From NCBI GenBank assembly GCA_019058015.1, contig JAHLWH010000076.1:1-22707 (forward strand): DNA of 22,707 nucleotides, in the 5' to 3' direction. The notes beneath the pieces were generated by a model. The model did not search any database. It was not told the origin of the DNA and saw only the letters and a list, made by a program, of their open reading frames with translations. Numbering within the stretch: the stretch's first letter is position 1; each line of letters opens with the position of its first letter. Shown here in pieces: positions 1 through 9,508 of the stretch. Source of the DNA: Promethearchaeota archaeon (GTDB lineage Archaea; Asgardarchaeota; Lokiarchaeia; Sigyniarchaeales; SOKP01). A program made the position numbers and the translations under genes.

Positions 1-91
1 ATGAAATTGAAGATTTTTGATTTATTAAATTAATTTATTTAATCAAAAAAATAAAAAAAAGTATAATTTAAATTTAAGTTTATTAGGATTA

Positions 92-421
92 TTATTCTAT
101 TTGAGCTCCACATTCATCACAGTATCTCGTTCCAGAACGTAGCATTTTCTTACATTTTGGGCATTCTTTATAGAATTGGTAGCCACATTTTTTACAAAAT
201 TTTGCATCTCTACTAATATTGCCCCCACATTGAGGACACTTCTTTCCTTCAAGTATAAAAAATCGTAATATTGCACCTACGAAGCCAATCCAAGAGAATG
301 CAATTATCATATAGATCCACCATTGCCATCCCAATAAAAACTCAGCCAATAATCCAAATATTAATGTTACAGTTATTGCTCCAAGAGCAGAACTTGCTAG
401 CGAATACGAATAATTTCTCAT
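92..421 (-). CDS. Two-TM membrane protein with C-terminal double zinc ribbon (DZR)
   Basis: Two hydrophobic helices, then CPQC/CKKC/CPKC/CDEC; GGTG Shine-Dalgarno-like motif before ATG; paralog of 517..993. Confidence 0.85.
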   Translation of the reverse strand: MRNYSYSLASSALGAITVTLIFGLLAEFLLGWQWWIYMIIAFSWIGFVGAILRFFILEGKKCPQCGGNISRDAKFCKKCGYQFYKECPKCKKMLRSGTRYCDECGAQIE

Positions 422-883
422 TTTTTACACCATAAATTTTTATTCTTGCATTTTATTCTATTAAAAAAATAATAATATTGAATTTTTTATAAAAAAAGAA
501 AAAAATATATTTTTTATTATTTTAACGCTGTTCCACAAAAAGAACAATGTTTTGCGCCAGGATTTTCAACTTTTTCACCACATCCAGGGCAAAAATTAAT
601 TATTGCTCCTTTTACTTCTTCAGATGGAATAGGTGGTTCAACTTTTTCAGGTTGCTTAAGCTCAGTTCCACATTCTTCACAAAATTTTGCTCCAATTGTA
701 ACTGGTTTCTGGCATTTAGGACACATATTGAGAAATTTATGACCGCAAACTTTACAAAATTTATCGAATTTATTTGCTGGTGAACCACAGCTTGGACAGT
801 TAATTCTTTCTACCGTGTAAAATCTAAGAACATTAGAGATTGCTCCAATCCAAATAAAGCCAATGATCATATAGATCCACCAT
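301..883. repeat. 23-nt near-identical direct repeat shared by the two DZR paralogs
   Basis: caat(t/g)atcatatagatccaccat at 301-323 and 861-883, encoding WWIYMII in both genes. Confidence 0.8.
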
Positions 884-993
884 GTACCCCAACCAAACAA
901 GAATGCAGCTAATACAATAAATACAAGAGTTGCAGTAAATGCGCCAATTACACTATTTCGCACACCAATTATTCCACGTTCATCATCTTTCAT
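517..993 (-). CDS. Two-TM membrane protein with three zinc ribbons
   Basis: Two TM helices, then six CxxC motifs (CPSC, CKVC, CPKC, CEEC, CPGC, CSFC) with a Pro/Glu linker before the last pair. Confidence 0.88.
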   Translation of the reverse strand: MKDDERGIIGVRNSVIGAFTATLVFIVLAAFLFGWGTWWIYMIIGFIWIGAISNVLRFYTVERINCPSCGSPANKFDKFCKVCGHKFLNMCPKCQKPVTIGAKFCEECGTELKQPEKVEPPIPSEEVKGAIINFCPGCGEKVENPGAKHCSFCGTALK

Positions 994-1001
994 TCTTTAT
1001 T

Positions 1002-1202
1002 TCAATCCTCTAATTTATTTTTAATTATTTTATATTTAGTTTTTATATTATTAAGATTTGTTTTACAATTTGGACATAAAATTGCATTTTTATCCATAAT
1101 AGTAGCACTACATACAGGGCATAATTTTATTTTATCTCCAAATATGTCACTTTTATTTGAATTTAATAACTTTTTTATCTTTTTATTTCTTTTTCTTTTC
1201 AT
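1002..1202 (-). CDS. Small basic zinc-ribbon protein
   Basis: CPVC...CPNC; Lys/Arg-rich N-terminus; GGTGA before ATG; 8 nt from the next gene. Confidence 0.7.
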   Translation of the reverse strand: MKRKRNKKIKKLLNSNKSDIFGDKIKLCPVCSATIMDKNAILCPNCKTNLNNIKTKYKIIKNKLED

Positions 1203-1424
1203 TTATAAATATCACCATTCAGAATTCAATAAATAAATCCTTTAAATTAACAAAGAAAAGAAATATATTAAAAAGATCTTTAGACCGATTTTTGAGAGAA
1301 AAATAGTTTTTCACTAGAGGAAAATAAATATCGAAGTTTTTGAATTAACATGAACAAAAGAGAAGTAAATTAAATAAGAAGGATAAATAAATCTAATTTA
1401 AATTGGATGATTTTAAAAAAAGAG

Positions 1425-1628
1425 TCACTTCTTCCTGTATCTACGGTTTGCCCCAATAGAACCCGTTTGACCACCATATTCTCCTTTTATTATTCTTTTT
1501 TTATAGATTTCTCGATATCTGACTCGGGGGATTTTTTTTGGGCGGGCGTTGACACCACGTCTTTGAACTTTAGGTGTTTGAGTTTTAACTTTACCTGCTT
1601 TCGTTAAAGAACCATGAGAACCGGGCAT
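1425..1628 (-). CDS. rps30e: 30S ribosomal protein S30e (eS30)
   Basis: Signature SHGSLTKAGKVKTQTPKV; very basic; followed by an oligo-T tract on the minus strand. Confidence 0.97.
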   Translation of the reverse strand: MPGSHGSLTKAGKVKTQTPKVQRRGVNARPKKIPRVRYREIYKKRIIKGEYGGQTGSIGANRRYRKK

Positions 1629-1722
1629 ATTCTTTTCTTTCCTTATTTATTTTCGGTTATTATGTATTATTTTTATAATACTTAACTCTTTAAAATCATT
1701 AAGCGATTAAAAATTTTTGGTT

Positions 1723-3597
1723 TTAAATTGGAACACCAATAATGTTTAATTGATTTTTAACATTAAGTGCTTGATTCGAAAAATAATTTGACATATTATC
1801 ATCTTTTAATAGAAATTTATGGAAATCGGCCATCATTTGATAGTATTTATGCATCATTTTCAAGTTAAAAATAGTGTCAGAAGTCAATAATTTTTTCATA
1901 TTATCAAGAACAAGATAAGCATTTTTTGTATCTTTCCGAAAATAGATAAAAATCTTTGCTAATAATTTATTGATCTTTAAAATTTGCTTTTTGTGCTGTT
2001 TAATGGCGTTTTCATCTAAACTCCGTAAATTTAAAGCCTGTTTTAATAACTTTATTGCATAAGCCATTTTTTCTGTTTTTTTATTGTATTTTGCTCTTTC
2101 ATAAAAATATTTTAATTGAATCTTAAGAGAACCTTTAGCAAAATTTAATGCTTTATTAAATCGAAGTTTAGCTTCACTTAGATTTTCTTCTTTTAAATTG
2201 ATTTTTGCAAGGCTCAAATATGTATCAGCGAGAATTTCTTGATCATTTATATCAGTTACATTTGATTCAAGAAAGTTCACGATTATCTGAAAATGAGTTT
2301 TCGCCTTATTTAATTGGTTAAATAATAAATAAGTTTTTCCTATTTTTTTGTGCAATTTAATAATAAGAGCCAATGGGACATTTCCACTTTTGCATAGATC
2401 TAATCCGTTTTCTAGATATTCCAATGATTTTTTTGGTTGATTTAGGATTTTGGCAATTCTACTTAAATGTAGTAATATTAAAATTACAATTTTTCTTTGT
2501 TTAAATTTATTAAAAATTTTCATGCTTTCAACAAACAAATTAATTGCTTCCGAAAACTTATAGGTGCTATATTGTTCTAAAGCTCGTTGATATAATTCAA
2601 TTGAATCAATTTCCTCAAAGTTGGATGGTGGAATGCCTAATAATTTATATTCTACTGGATACAATTCTTTTGCGATTTTACTTTCATAATTAAGAGGAAT
2701 AAAAGAAAAATTTATGTCTTTTTCAGAATTTAGAGCAATTTGCTTAAAATTACCTGGTAAAAAATTCAATTTATTAATTTCTTCGCCTTCTATCAATCCA
2801 ATAATTGAATTTAAAATCATACGAGAGAATTTAATCCATGAAGTAATTAATAATTCAAGATTGAAATTCTCTTCATTAAATAATTCTAATAAAACATAAG
2901 GTGTATAACAATTCCAAGAACTCCTTATATGTATGTTTTTAATAATAATATCATTGAAATAGGTTAGAAGCCCCTTTTCCAATATAAGATATTCATTATT
3001 AGAGTCTACATTTTTAAAGAAAAGAACATTATTTACCCGAAATTTTGGAATGCCATTCTTTATATCCAATGGTAAATCATTAGTAGATTCCATACCTAAT
3101 TTTTTAATTGAATTGTTAACACTGGTTGAAATTATTTTATTATAGTGTTCAAACTGTGATTGTTTATTAAAAATTGATATTCTTATTCTATTCAACCATT
3201 TCGGTTCAAGTTCGTTATTTATTGCTTCTGGCATGAGTTGATTTAAAATTTTTAATAACTCTGGCTCTTTTCCTTTAATAGGAAATTCATGTTCTAAATT
3301 GGATTCAATTCCAATTTCTCTAAGTTTTTCTATTAAATAATTTAAGTTTTCTAGTGTGGAGAAATCTGTAATTCTAATCATGAAGATAATTGAAAATTTG
3401 AAAGAGATTATTTCAAACGGTATGTTTAATCTTAGAGGTAGTTCAATAGGTTTTTTAATTGAGATTGTAATAATATTGTTATCTAAAATGGAATATCGAA
3501 AATTATTAGTTGGTTCAAGGTTATCTTTAAAACCTTTTTCCATAAATAATTTATTTAGAAAGTCCAGATCTTTTTCAGAAAAATATGTTAATGACAT
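1723..3597 (-). CDS. Tetratricopeptide-repeat protein with an unassigned N-terminal region
   Basis: C-terminal half has TPR-like helices (KFSEAINLFVESMKIF, KIGKTYLLFNQLNKAKTHF, LSLAKINLKEENLSEAKLRFNKAL). Confidence 0.75.
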   Translation of the reverse strand: MSLTYFSEKDLDFLNKLFMEKGFKDNLEPTNNFRYSILDNNIITISIKKPIELPLRLNIPFEIISFKFSIIFMIRITDFSTLENLNYLIEKLREIGIESNLEHEFPIKGKEPELLKILNQLMPEAINNELEPKWLNRIRISIFNKQSQFEHYNKIISTSVNNSIKKLGMESTNDLPLDIKNGIPKFRVNNVLFFKNVDSNNEYLILEKGLLTYFNDIIIKNIHIRSSWNCYTPYVLLELFNEENFNLELLITSWIKFSRMILNSIIGLIEGEEINKLNFLPGNFKQIALNSEKDINFSFIPLNYESKIAKELYPVEYKLLGIPPSNFEEIDSIELYQRALEQYSTYKFSEAINLFVESMKIFNKFKQRKIVILILLHLSRIAKILNQPKKSLEYLENGLDLCKSGNVPLALIIKLHKKIGKTYLLFNQLNKAKTHFQIIVNFLESNVTDINDQEILADTYLSLAKINLKEENLSEAKLRFNKALNFAKGSLKIQLKYFYERAKYNKKTEKMAYAIKLLKQALNLRSLDENAIKQHKKQILKINKLLAKIFIYFRKDTKNAYLVLDNMKKLLTSDTIFNLKMMHKYYQMMADFHKFLLKDDNMSNYFSNQALNVKNQLNIIGVPI

Positions 3598-3599
3598 AT

Positions 3600-5467
3600 T
3601 TATATCCTCAGTCGTAATAACTCTAGACTTATATATAATTGTAGAATCCCACTCACACTAATTGCTATACCAAATAAGGTTAGAACCGTTATGGATAGAG
3701 ATTCCGCAGTCTGTTGAGAAATGAGTGTATTACCTAATAAGATCTGTTCAAGGGTTATAATGTCTGTACTTATTAAACCTATAACGAAAAAAACAAATAA
3801 GCCGCCAATTAATTGAAGAATTCCTATAATATAATTAACATTGTGAATTAGTTTTAATCTGCTTTCCTTAAGTTCAATAATTCGGCCATCACCAATGGCA
3901 ATCATATCTCGATTAACCTTCTTAATGTAATAATAAACCATTTCTCTAAGTGGTATTACATCAAGAAGAACCGTTCCAAAAGTAAAAATACCAATATATA
4001 TTAAAATTCGAAGAATTATCTCTCTAAATATTACATTAAATCCATCAATTGTAGAATTAATAATAGCAAAATTAGCAATAATCCAAATAAAAACGCCCAA
4101 AACGCAAGTGCTTAAAAATTTCAAACCAGATATTGTTAAAACTATTGAATTCCGATCAGCAATCGTAAGTACATAATAACTAATACCAATAATAAAAATG
4201 ATAACACCTAACAATATTGCTGCCATTGATAATGTAAATGCAAAAATTAAACACATAGAACCAACTAAAATAGGTAGATATGGAAAGAAAGGGGCTTTAA
4301 AGGGACGATCTAATTCTTTTCTTTTATTTCTTAACATTACTGCTCCAAAGTTTATAAAAGCTAATCCAAAAAAGAAAATAAAACTAGTCATTTCTGCGGC
4401 AAATCCTAGATCCGTAAAAACGGTGATTAAGAGCGATAAAAACCCAGTAATAATCAATGCATATATTGGCATTCCAGTCTTTTTATTTACTTTTTTTAAT
4501 CTCTTAGAGACATAGTTATCTCTAGCTAAAGCAAATAAAATACTTACTGCAGAACCTAACGCAGCATTCATAGCAATTAAAGTTGAAATAATTGCTGCAA
4601 TCCCCATAAGAATGAATCCAAAGGGACCCAATATTTTATTGAGAATATCTGCTAACAGAACAACGGATTGACTAATATCTTCTATATCATTTCCTATATT
4701 TACCAATACAACAAAAGTAATTAATAAATAAAGTAAGAGAGTGATAACAATAGCAATGATATTAACCCTCGGAATGTTTTTAGAAGGATTTTTCAAATCT
4801 GAACTTAATATGCTAAATTGGCGACAATAGAAGCAAAACAGATAAATAAAAATGAAAATGTAAATATTACTCCAAAAATATTCGTTCCCGATAAAAGATA
4901 ATTAATATCGAAATCAGTTGCATTAGTAATCGGTGCGATTACAATTCCAGAAATAATAAAAATTACTAAAAATAGGATAAGTAGAATTGTTAATGATATT
5001 AATGTTTTGGTTGCTCTCTGGCTTGTCTTAAATACTATGAATAATATAAAAAAAATAGATAATATGCTAATAAATATCGAGTAATCCTTTAAAATTGGAA
5101 AAAAAGTATATATAACAATAGCAAATGCTTGTGCAGAAAACGAACATGCAGCCATATTTGCTATCCAAAGGAAAAAACCAATTATAAATGCCAAAAAACC
5201 CCCTAACGCTTCTTTACTAAAGGTATATCCCCCACCTCCTGAAATTCGGAGGCTAGTTGCAAGTTCAGAGAAATTTAAAGCAGTTAAAAATATTAATACA
5301 CCACCTAAAATTAAACTGATTAAAACACCAGGACCTGCCCTATCTATTGCTGGCCCCAAGAGAGTAAATATTGACCCTCCAATACCACAACCGACCCCAT
5401 ATAAAATTCCACCCGAAATTCCAGTTGATCTTTCAGGAACAATTATTTTTTCTTCAGAATCACTCAA
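3600..5467 (-). pseudogene. APC-family amino acid permease split by a 1-nt frameshift (pseudogene or sequencing error)
   Basis: 5' part has GCGIGGSIF and ALNFSELATSLRISGGGGYTF; 3' part has KNPSKNIP, ALARD and RPFKAPFFP. One extra T in GCA TAT TAA (about 4808) gives a continuous ...AYLSSDLKNPSKNIP. Confidence 0.85.
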
Positions 5468-5508
5468 AATTTATTCCATTTAATCTGTAATTCAGGTTTA
5501 TATAAAAT

Positions 5509-6960
5509 TTATGATTTTTCTAAATGGAATATACCAGAAACTATTATTAAACCTGCTCCAATTAATGATAAGAGCATGATTAATATTGGGTTTGCTTCTC
5601 CAAAATCGAAAATATTGAGCAAATATCCGAATCCAATAATTAAAAAGAATATGCCTATTCCAATTAATATTCCACCGAAAAATTTTGATGCCCTATATAT
5701 TAAAGATAATATTTCCAATCTATTTATTCGGCTTTCTTTATCTCTAATTTCTTCTTCTTGACCATCTAATTGCTTTTTTAACTGTTGAAATATTTCTTTT
5801 GATTCACTTATACTTTTATCTATGGTATCTTTTGCTTTAGTTAATTTCTCATGTTCTTTTTCTGTATATTCTAACTTTTCAGTTATAGATTTTAAGAGAT
5901 TTTCACGTTCATTATGCTCAGCAATAGCTATTTCAATTTCTACCTTTAATTCATTCAATCTTTTTTCATTTAAACTTATAAGGTTCTCTTTTCCTAAAAT
6001 TTGTTCTTTTACAGTATCTATTGATTCATTTAATTCTATAATTTTTGTTTCTAAAGTCAATATTTTTTGTTGCCTTTCTTCTACTTGGATTACATAGTTT
6101 CTAATAATTTGATCATAAACATCTTTTCTCCTTTCTATTTCAGGAAATTGTTCATTATACTCCTGAAATTTGAGTTCAATACTACTTAATCTCTCTTCTT
6201 TTTTCTCAATTTGTTCATTCAAAAGTTTTATTTCATTTTCTTTTGCTTCAATTAAATTATTTACATTAGAAATCTCTTCTTTATTTTTATCAATAGTCGC
6301 CCTTAAACCTTCATTTTCTGTTCTCAAACTTATTAATCTATTATCTAAAGTTTTAGATTCTTCTTTTAATTGAAGAAAATTTTCTTCATTTTCTTGTATT
6401 TCTTGATTAAATTTTGCAATTTGGTTCCGTAATTCATCTTGATTTGCTAATTTTTCTTTTACTTTATCTTGGAGTACCGTTAAATCAATCTTTCTGGCTT
6501 CATAAGCATTATTAAGATCAATGATCCTTTTCTGAAGGTCATTGTATTCAGTTTCTAGTTTTTCTTTATTTCCAATTACTATTGCTAACTCTTCATTCAA
6601 GGTATTCGAACTTTCAACTTTTCGATTATATATTTCTTCCAATCCCGAAATCTTCTCTTCTAAAGCAATAAGATATTCTTCTTTATCATTTATTTTTTTA
6701 GTAACTACTTCAAATCTTTTTTCTAACTCTTTAATTTCTTCACTTTTCTCAAAAGCTATCTTCTTACCTTCTTCCTTTTCTGACTCTACGTCGGTTTTTC
6801 TCGCATTTGAGACAGTATCAATACTATTTTCGAATGTCCTCAATTTTTTATCAATAAGATCCCTACTATTTTTAGCCTTTAGTAATAGATCTTTATCAAT
6901 GCGATCTACTTCTTTCTCTTTTTTTTTTTCCTTCTCTTCTTCGTTGAATTCTTCAGCCAT
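5509..6960 (-). CDS. Long coiled-coil protein with two C-terminal TM helices
   Basis: About 400 aa of E/K/L/I heptad-like sequence with almost no Pro, then FFGGILIGIGIFFLIIGFGYLL and ILIMLLSLIGAGLIIVSGIF; no Walker A motif. Confidence 0.85.
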   Translation of the reverse strand: MAEEFNEEEKEKKKEKEVDRIDKDLLLKAKNSRDLIDKKLRTFENSIDTVSNARKTDVESEKEEGKKIAFEKSEEIKELEKRFEVVTKKINDKEEYLIALEEKISGLEEIYNRKVESSNTLNEELAIVIGNKEKLETEYNDLQKRIIDLNNAYEARKIDLTVLQDKVKEKLANQDELRNQIAKFNQEIQENEENFLQLKEESKTLDNRLISLRTENEGLRATIDKNKEEISNVNNLIEAKENEIKLLNEQIEKKEERLSSIELKFQEYNEQFPEIERRKDVYDQIIRNYVIQVEERQQKILTLETKIIELNESIDTVKEQILGKENLISLNEKRLNELKVEIEIAIAEHNERENLLKSITEKLEYTEKEHEKLTKAKDTIDKSISESKEIFQQLKKQLDGQEEEIRDKESRINRLEILSLIYRASKFFGGILIGIGIFFLIIGFGYLLNIFDFGEANPILIMLLSLIGAGLIIVSGIFHLEKS

Positions 6961-7258
6961 ATATTTCGCTCTAAATGATCAGTTTGATTATATATTCTTA
7001 ACTTTAACGTATTAGTACTAATAATTAGATAATTATTATTATAAAATTTATATAATTATTTATAAATGGAAATCAAGTTAAAATTCGATTAAAAAATAAA
7101 ATGAATTATTTTAAATAAAAACATCCCAAAATTCGACTTTTCAAAAAAAAAAATATCGAAAAATTGGAGATAAAAACATTTATCAGAACAATTCGTTTTA
7201 TTTAAAACAAATTAATCTGTAAAATTTACTTAATAATTCAAATCAAGGTGCTCAATAA

Positions 7259-7888
7259 TTGAGTCATATTGTTACTTTTAATGAAAAATTAAAAGATTTG
7301 ATTGATAAAGCAAAAGGATATGATAATTTAAAGAATTATAAAAAGTCAATAAAAGCCTGGATTGAAATTTCTGAATTTTGTTTAAAATTTGCGGGGGATC
7401 CTAAGATTGATATAACATATAAAAATATGCTTGTAAAGAAAATTAGAAATATTATTAATCACGTAAAATCTTTAAAATTAAAAATGCAACAAAAAGAACA
7501 AAGAATTATAGAACTTGAGGAAAAGAAGATATCTGCATTAATAGATGATCTACCAGAAACTCCTATAGGTGAGCCTGAAGCATTAAATTCATCAGTAGAT
7601 AATGGAACAATAAAGGATGATATTATAAGTTCAGATCAAAAAGTTAAATCAGTACAAGAATTAAAAAAAATTCCAAATGGATTCAAACAAATTAAACCAA
7701 GAAAATATGATTTTAAAACGATAATACCGAAAAATAAAACAAAACCTACAGTGAATTCAGAGAAAAAAAGTCCAAAAAAAGATGATAAATTAAGGAAGCC
7801 GACTCGGTCATGTCCTTTTTGTGGTGGAGAAATTGGAATTGACGAGAAAATATGTTCTCATTGTGGAACACCGTTGAGTAATGGATAA
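7259..7888 (+). CDS. MIT-like domain + low-complexity linker + C-terminal zinc ribbon protein
   Basis: N-terminal three-helix pattern LIDKAKGYDNLKNYKKSIKAW...KNMLVKKIRNIINHVKSLK; C-terminal CPFC...CSHC; AGGTG before a TTG start. Confidence 0.7.
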   Translation: MSHIVTFNEKLKDLIDKAKGYDNLKNYKKSIKAWIEISEFCLKFAGDPKIDITYKNMLVKKIRNIINHVKSLKLKMQQKEQRIIELEEKKISALIDDLPETPIGEPEALNSSVDNGTIKDDIISSDQKVKSVQELKKIPNGFKQIKPRKYDFKTIIPKNKTKPTVNSEKKSPKKDDKLRKPTRSCPFCGGEIGIDEKICSHCGTPLSNG

Positions 7889-7919
7889 TTTTTCTTTTAA
7901 TCAAATTTAAAATTTTATC

Positions 7920-8729
7920 CTATTTTCTTATTAAACCTAATTCCTCCGGAATTGGAGTATATAATTCTTCACAGGGATGGTTTGCTAATTTAAAGAAAAA
8001 GCAATATCTTAATTTTTCCCTTATTGATTTAATTGGATTATGTTTTTCAGGTTTTCCACCAATAAAACGAAGTTCTCGGAAGCGTACTAAAAATGCTCCG
8101 GTTTTAATTAATTTATGGATTAGGAAAATTCTTCTAAAAAATAAGAGTAATTTGGAATGTAAGGGAGAAATTTGGCTTTTATGCTGAGACATAGATTCAA
8201 TCGCGATTTTTACATCTTTAAATCGAATTCTGATAGATATATTTGTTTTAAATGAATAAAAGAAAAACACTCGTTTTGGTAATTCGGTTTTTTTTAGTCT
8301 TTTAAGAGCAAAATGTACAAGTCTTGCGGTATTCAGATGATCCCGATGGAAATCAATAGCGTACCAAGGATCAGGAGCAAAAATAATGTCTGGCTTCTCT
8401 TTTCTAATAATATCCGTTACAAAATTTAATGAAATTTTATTTAAAGGAAGGAATCCATCAATAAAATCCGCCCAAATTAATTTAATTAGATTGCCGGTAT
8501 ATTTTTTATATACGTCTGCTGCCTTCTCCATCTCATGGATTCTGATTCTTTTGATTCGTTCTCCTTTAAAATCATTTCTTTTAGTTCCATATTCATCATT
8601 TGTCATTATAACTTCTGTTACGTTATTGCCTAGTTTTAAAGCCTCTAAACACATAAAAGGCGCGCCCATTTCAATATCATCTGCATGTGGTGCGAAAAAA
8701 AATACTCTAATATTTTTACGCTTAGACAT
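7920..8729 (-). CDS. PIG-L/LmbE family Zn-dependent deacetylase
   Basis: APHADDIE and HRDH metal motifs; H-K-SQ near the C-terminus. Confidence 0.92.
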   Translation of the reverse strand: MSKRKNIRVFFFAPHADDIEMGAPFMCLEALKLGNNVTEVIMTNDEYGTKRNDFKGERIKRIRIHEMEKAADVYKKYTGNLIKLIWADFIDGFLPLNKISLNFVTDIIRKEKPDIIFAPDPWYAIDFHRDHLNTARLVHFALKRLKKTELPKRVFFFYSFKTNISIRIRFKDVKIAIESMSQHKSQISPLHSKLLLFFRRIFLIHKLIKTGAFLVRFRELRFIGGKPEKHNPIKSIREKLRYCFFFKLANHPCEELYTPIPEELGLIRK

Positions 8730-8815
8730 ATAATTTAAAAAAATTTTAAGAAATTATTAAATCTATTATATTGAAGTTAATAAATTCTTATCTTAGTTGA
8801 ATTATTTTTATGAAT

Positions 8816-9367
8816 TTATTTTTTTAATCTTTTCTTTTTTTCCATTTGATACATCTCATATTTTTCTATGGCTCGATCTCTCCATATAGTTCGCCATCTT
8901 TTAAATCCAGATTTTACGTATTTTTCTCGTCTATAGAAATCTCTGCAAACCCAACCAAATAGAATAAAAAAACGTTTTTTACCGCTTTCAATCGTTAAAT
9001 TTCTTGATTTTACTCCTAATTCTCTTAGATGATTTACATACTTACTTTCTACAGCATCTTGTAATTTCCCTTCTATTTTTGTATCTTCATAATTTTGATT
9101 GATTTCTATAAAATAACTTCGAACTTTATCAAATATATTTCCGCGACATATTTTAACTAATTCGTCCGTAGAAACATTCATTTCAACAAAAGTTTCTTTT
9201 ACTATTTCTACTGCTTTTTTTAGCGGTTCCTTGTTCTTAAACGGCTCTTCAAAAAATAACTCAACTGGTATTGTTTTAAAGATTATTTGATCAGTTTTTT
9301 TTCGATAAAAACCTAAAAAAGCTGCTCCAACTAAGTCTCCGGTTCCAGAATCATCAATTTCAATCAA
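8816..9367 (-). CDS. Conserved hypothetical protein, possible RNase H-like fold
   Basis: N-terminal IEIDDSGTGDLVG resembles the RNase HII G(I/V)DEAGRG motif; TTG start. Confidence 0.6.
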   Translation of the reverse strand: MIEIDDSGTGDLVGAAFLGFYRKKTDQIIFKTIPVELFFEEPFKNKEPLKKAVEIVKETFVEMNVSTDELVKICRGNIFDKVRSYFIEINQNYEDTKIEGKLQDAVESKYVNHLRELGVKSRNLTIESGKKRFFILFGWVCRDFYRREKYVKSGFKRWRTIWRDRAIEKYEMYQMEKKKRLKK

Positions 9368-9508
9368 ATTGGATTTTCAATCTCAATATGCTTCAAATTT
9401 TCTTTATTTTGATAAGATTTTAAAATTTTTAAATCTAATCTATATAATATTGGAAAAAAAAATCAATATTTCAATATAAACAAACAAATAAATTAAAGGT
9501 GATATTTT

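Noticed and set aside
547-6373. Plus-strand ORFs 547..783, 1407..1607, 2714..2899, 3356..3661, 4198..4515, 5576..5761, 5822..6097, 6170..6373
   Set aside because: Antisense shadows of well-supported minus-strand genes, with biased composition and no motifs.
5509-6960. SMC/Rad50 annotation for the coiled-coil protein
   Set aside because: No Walker A/B, signature motif, hinge or zinc hook; the protein ends in TM helices.
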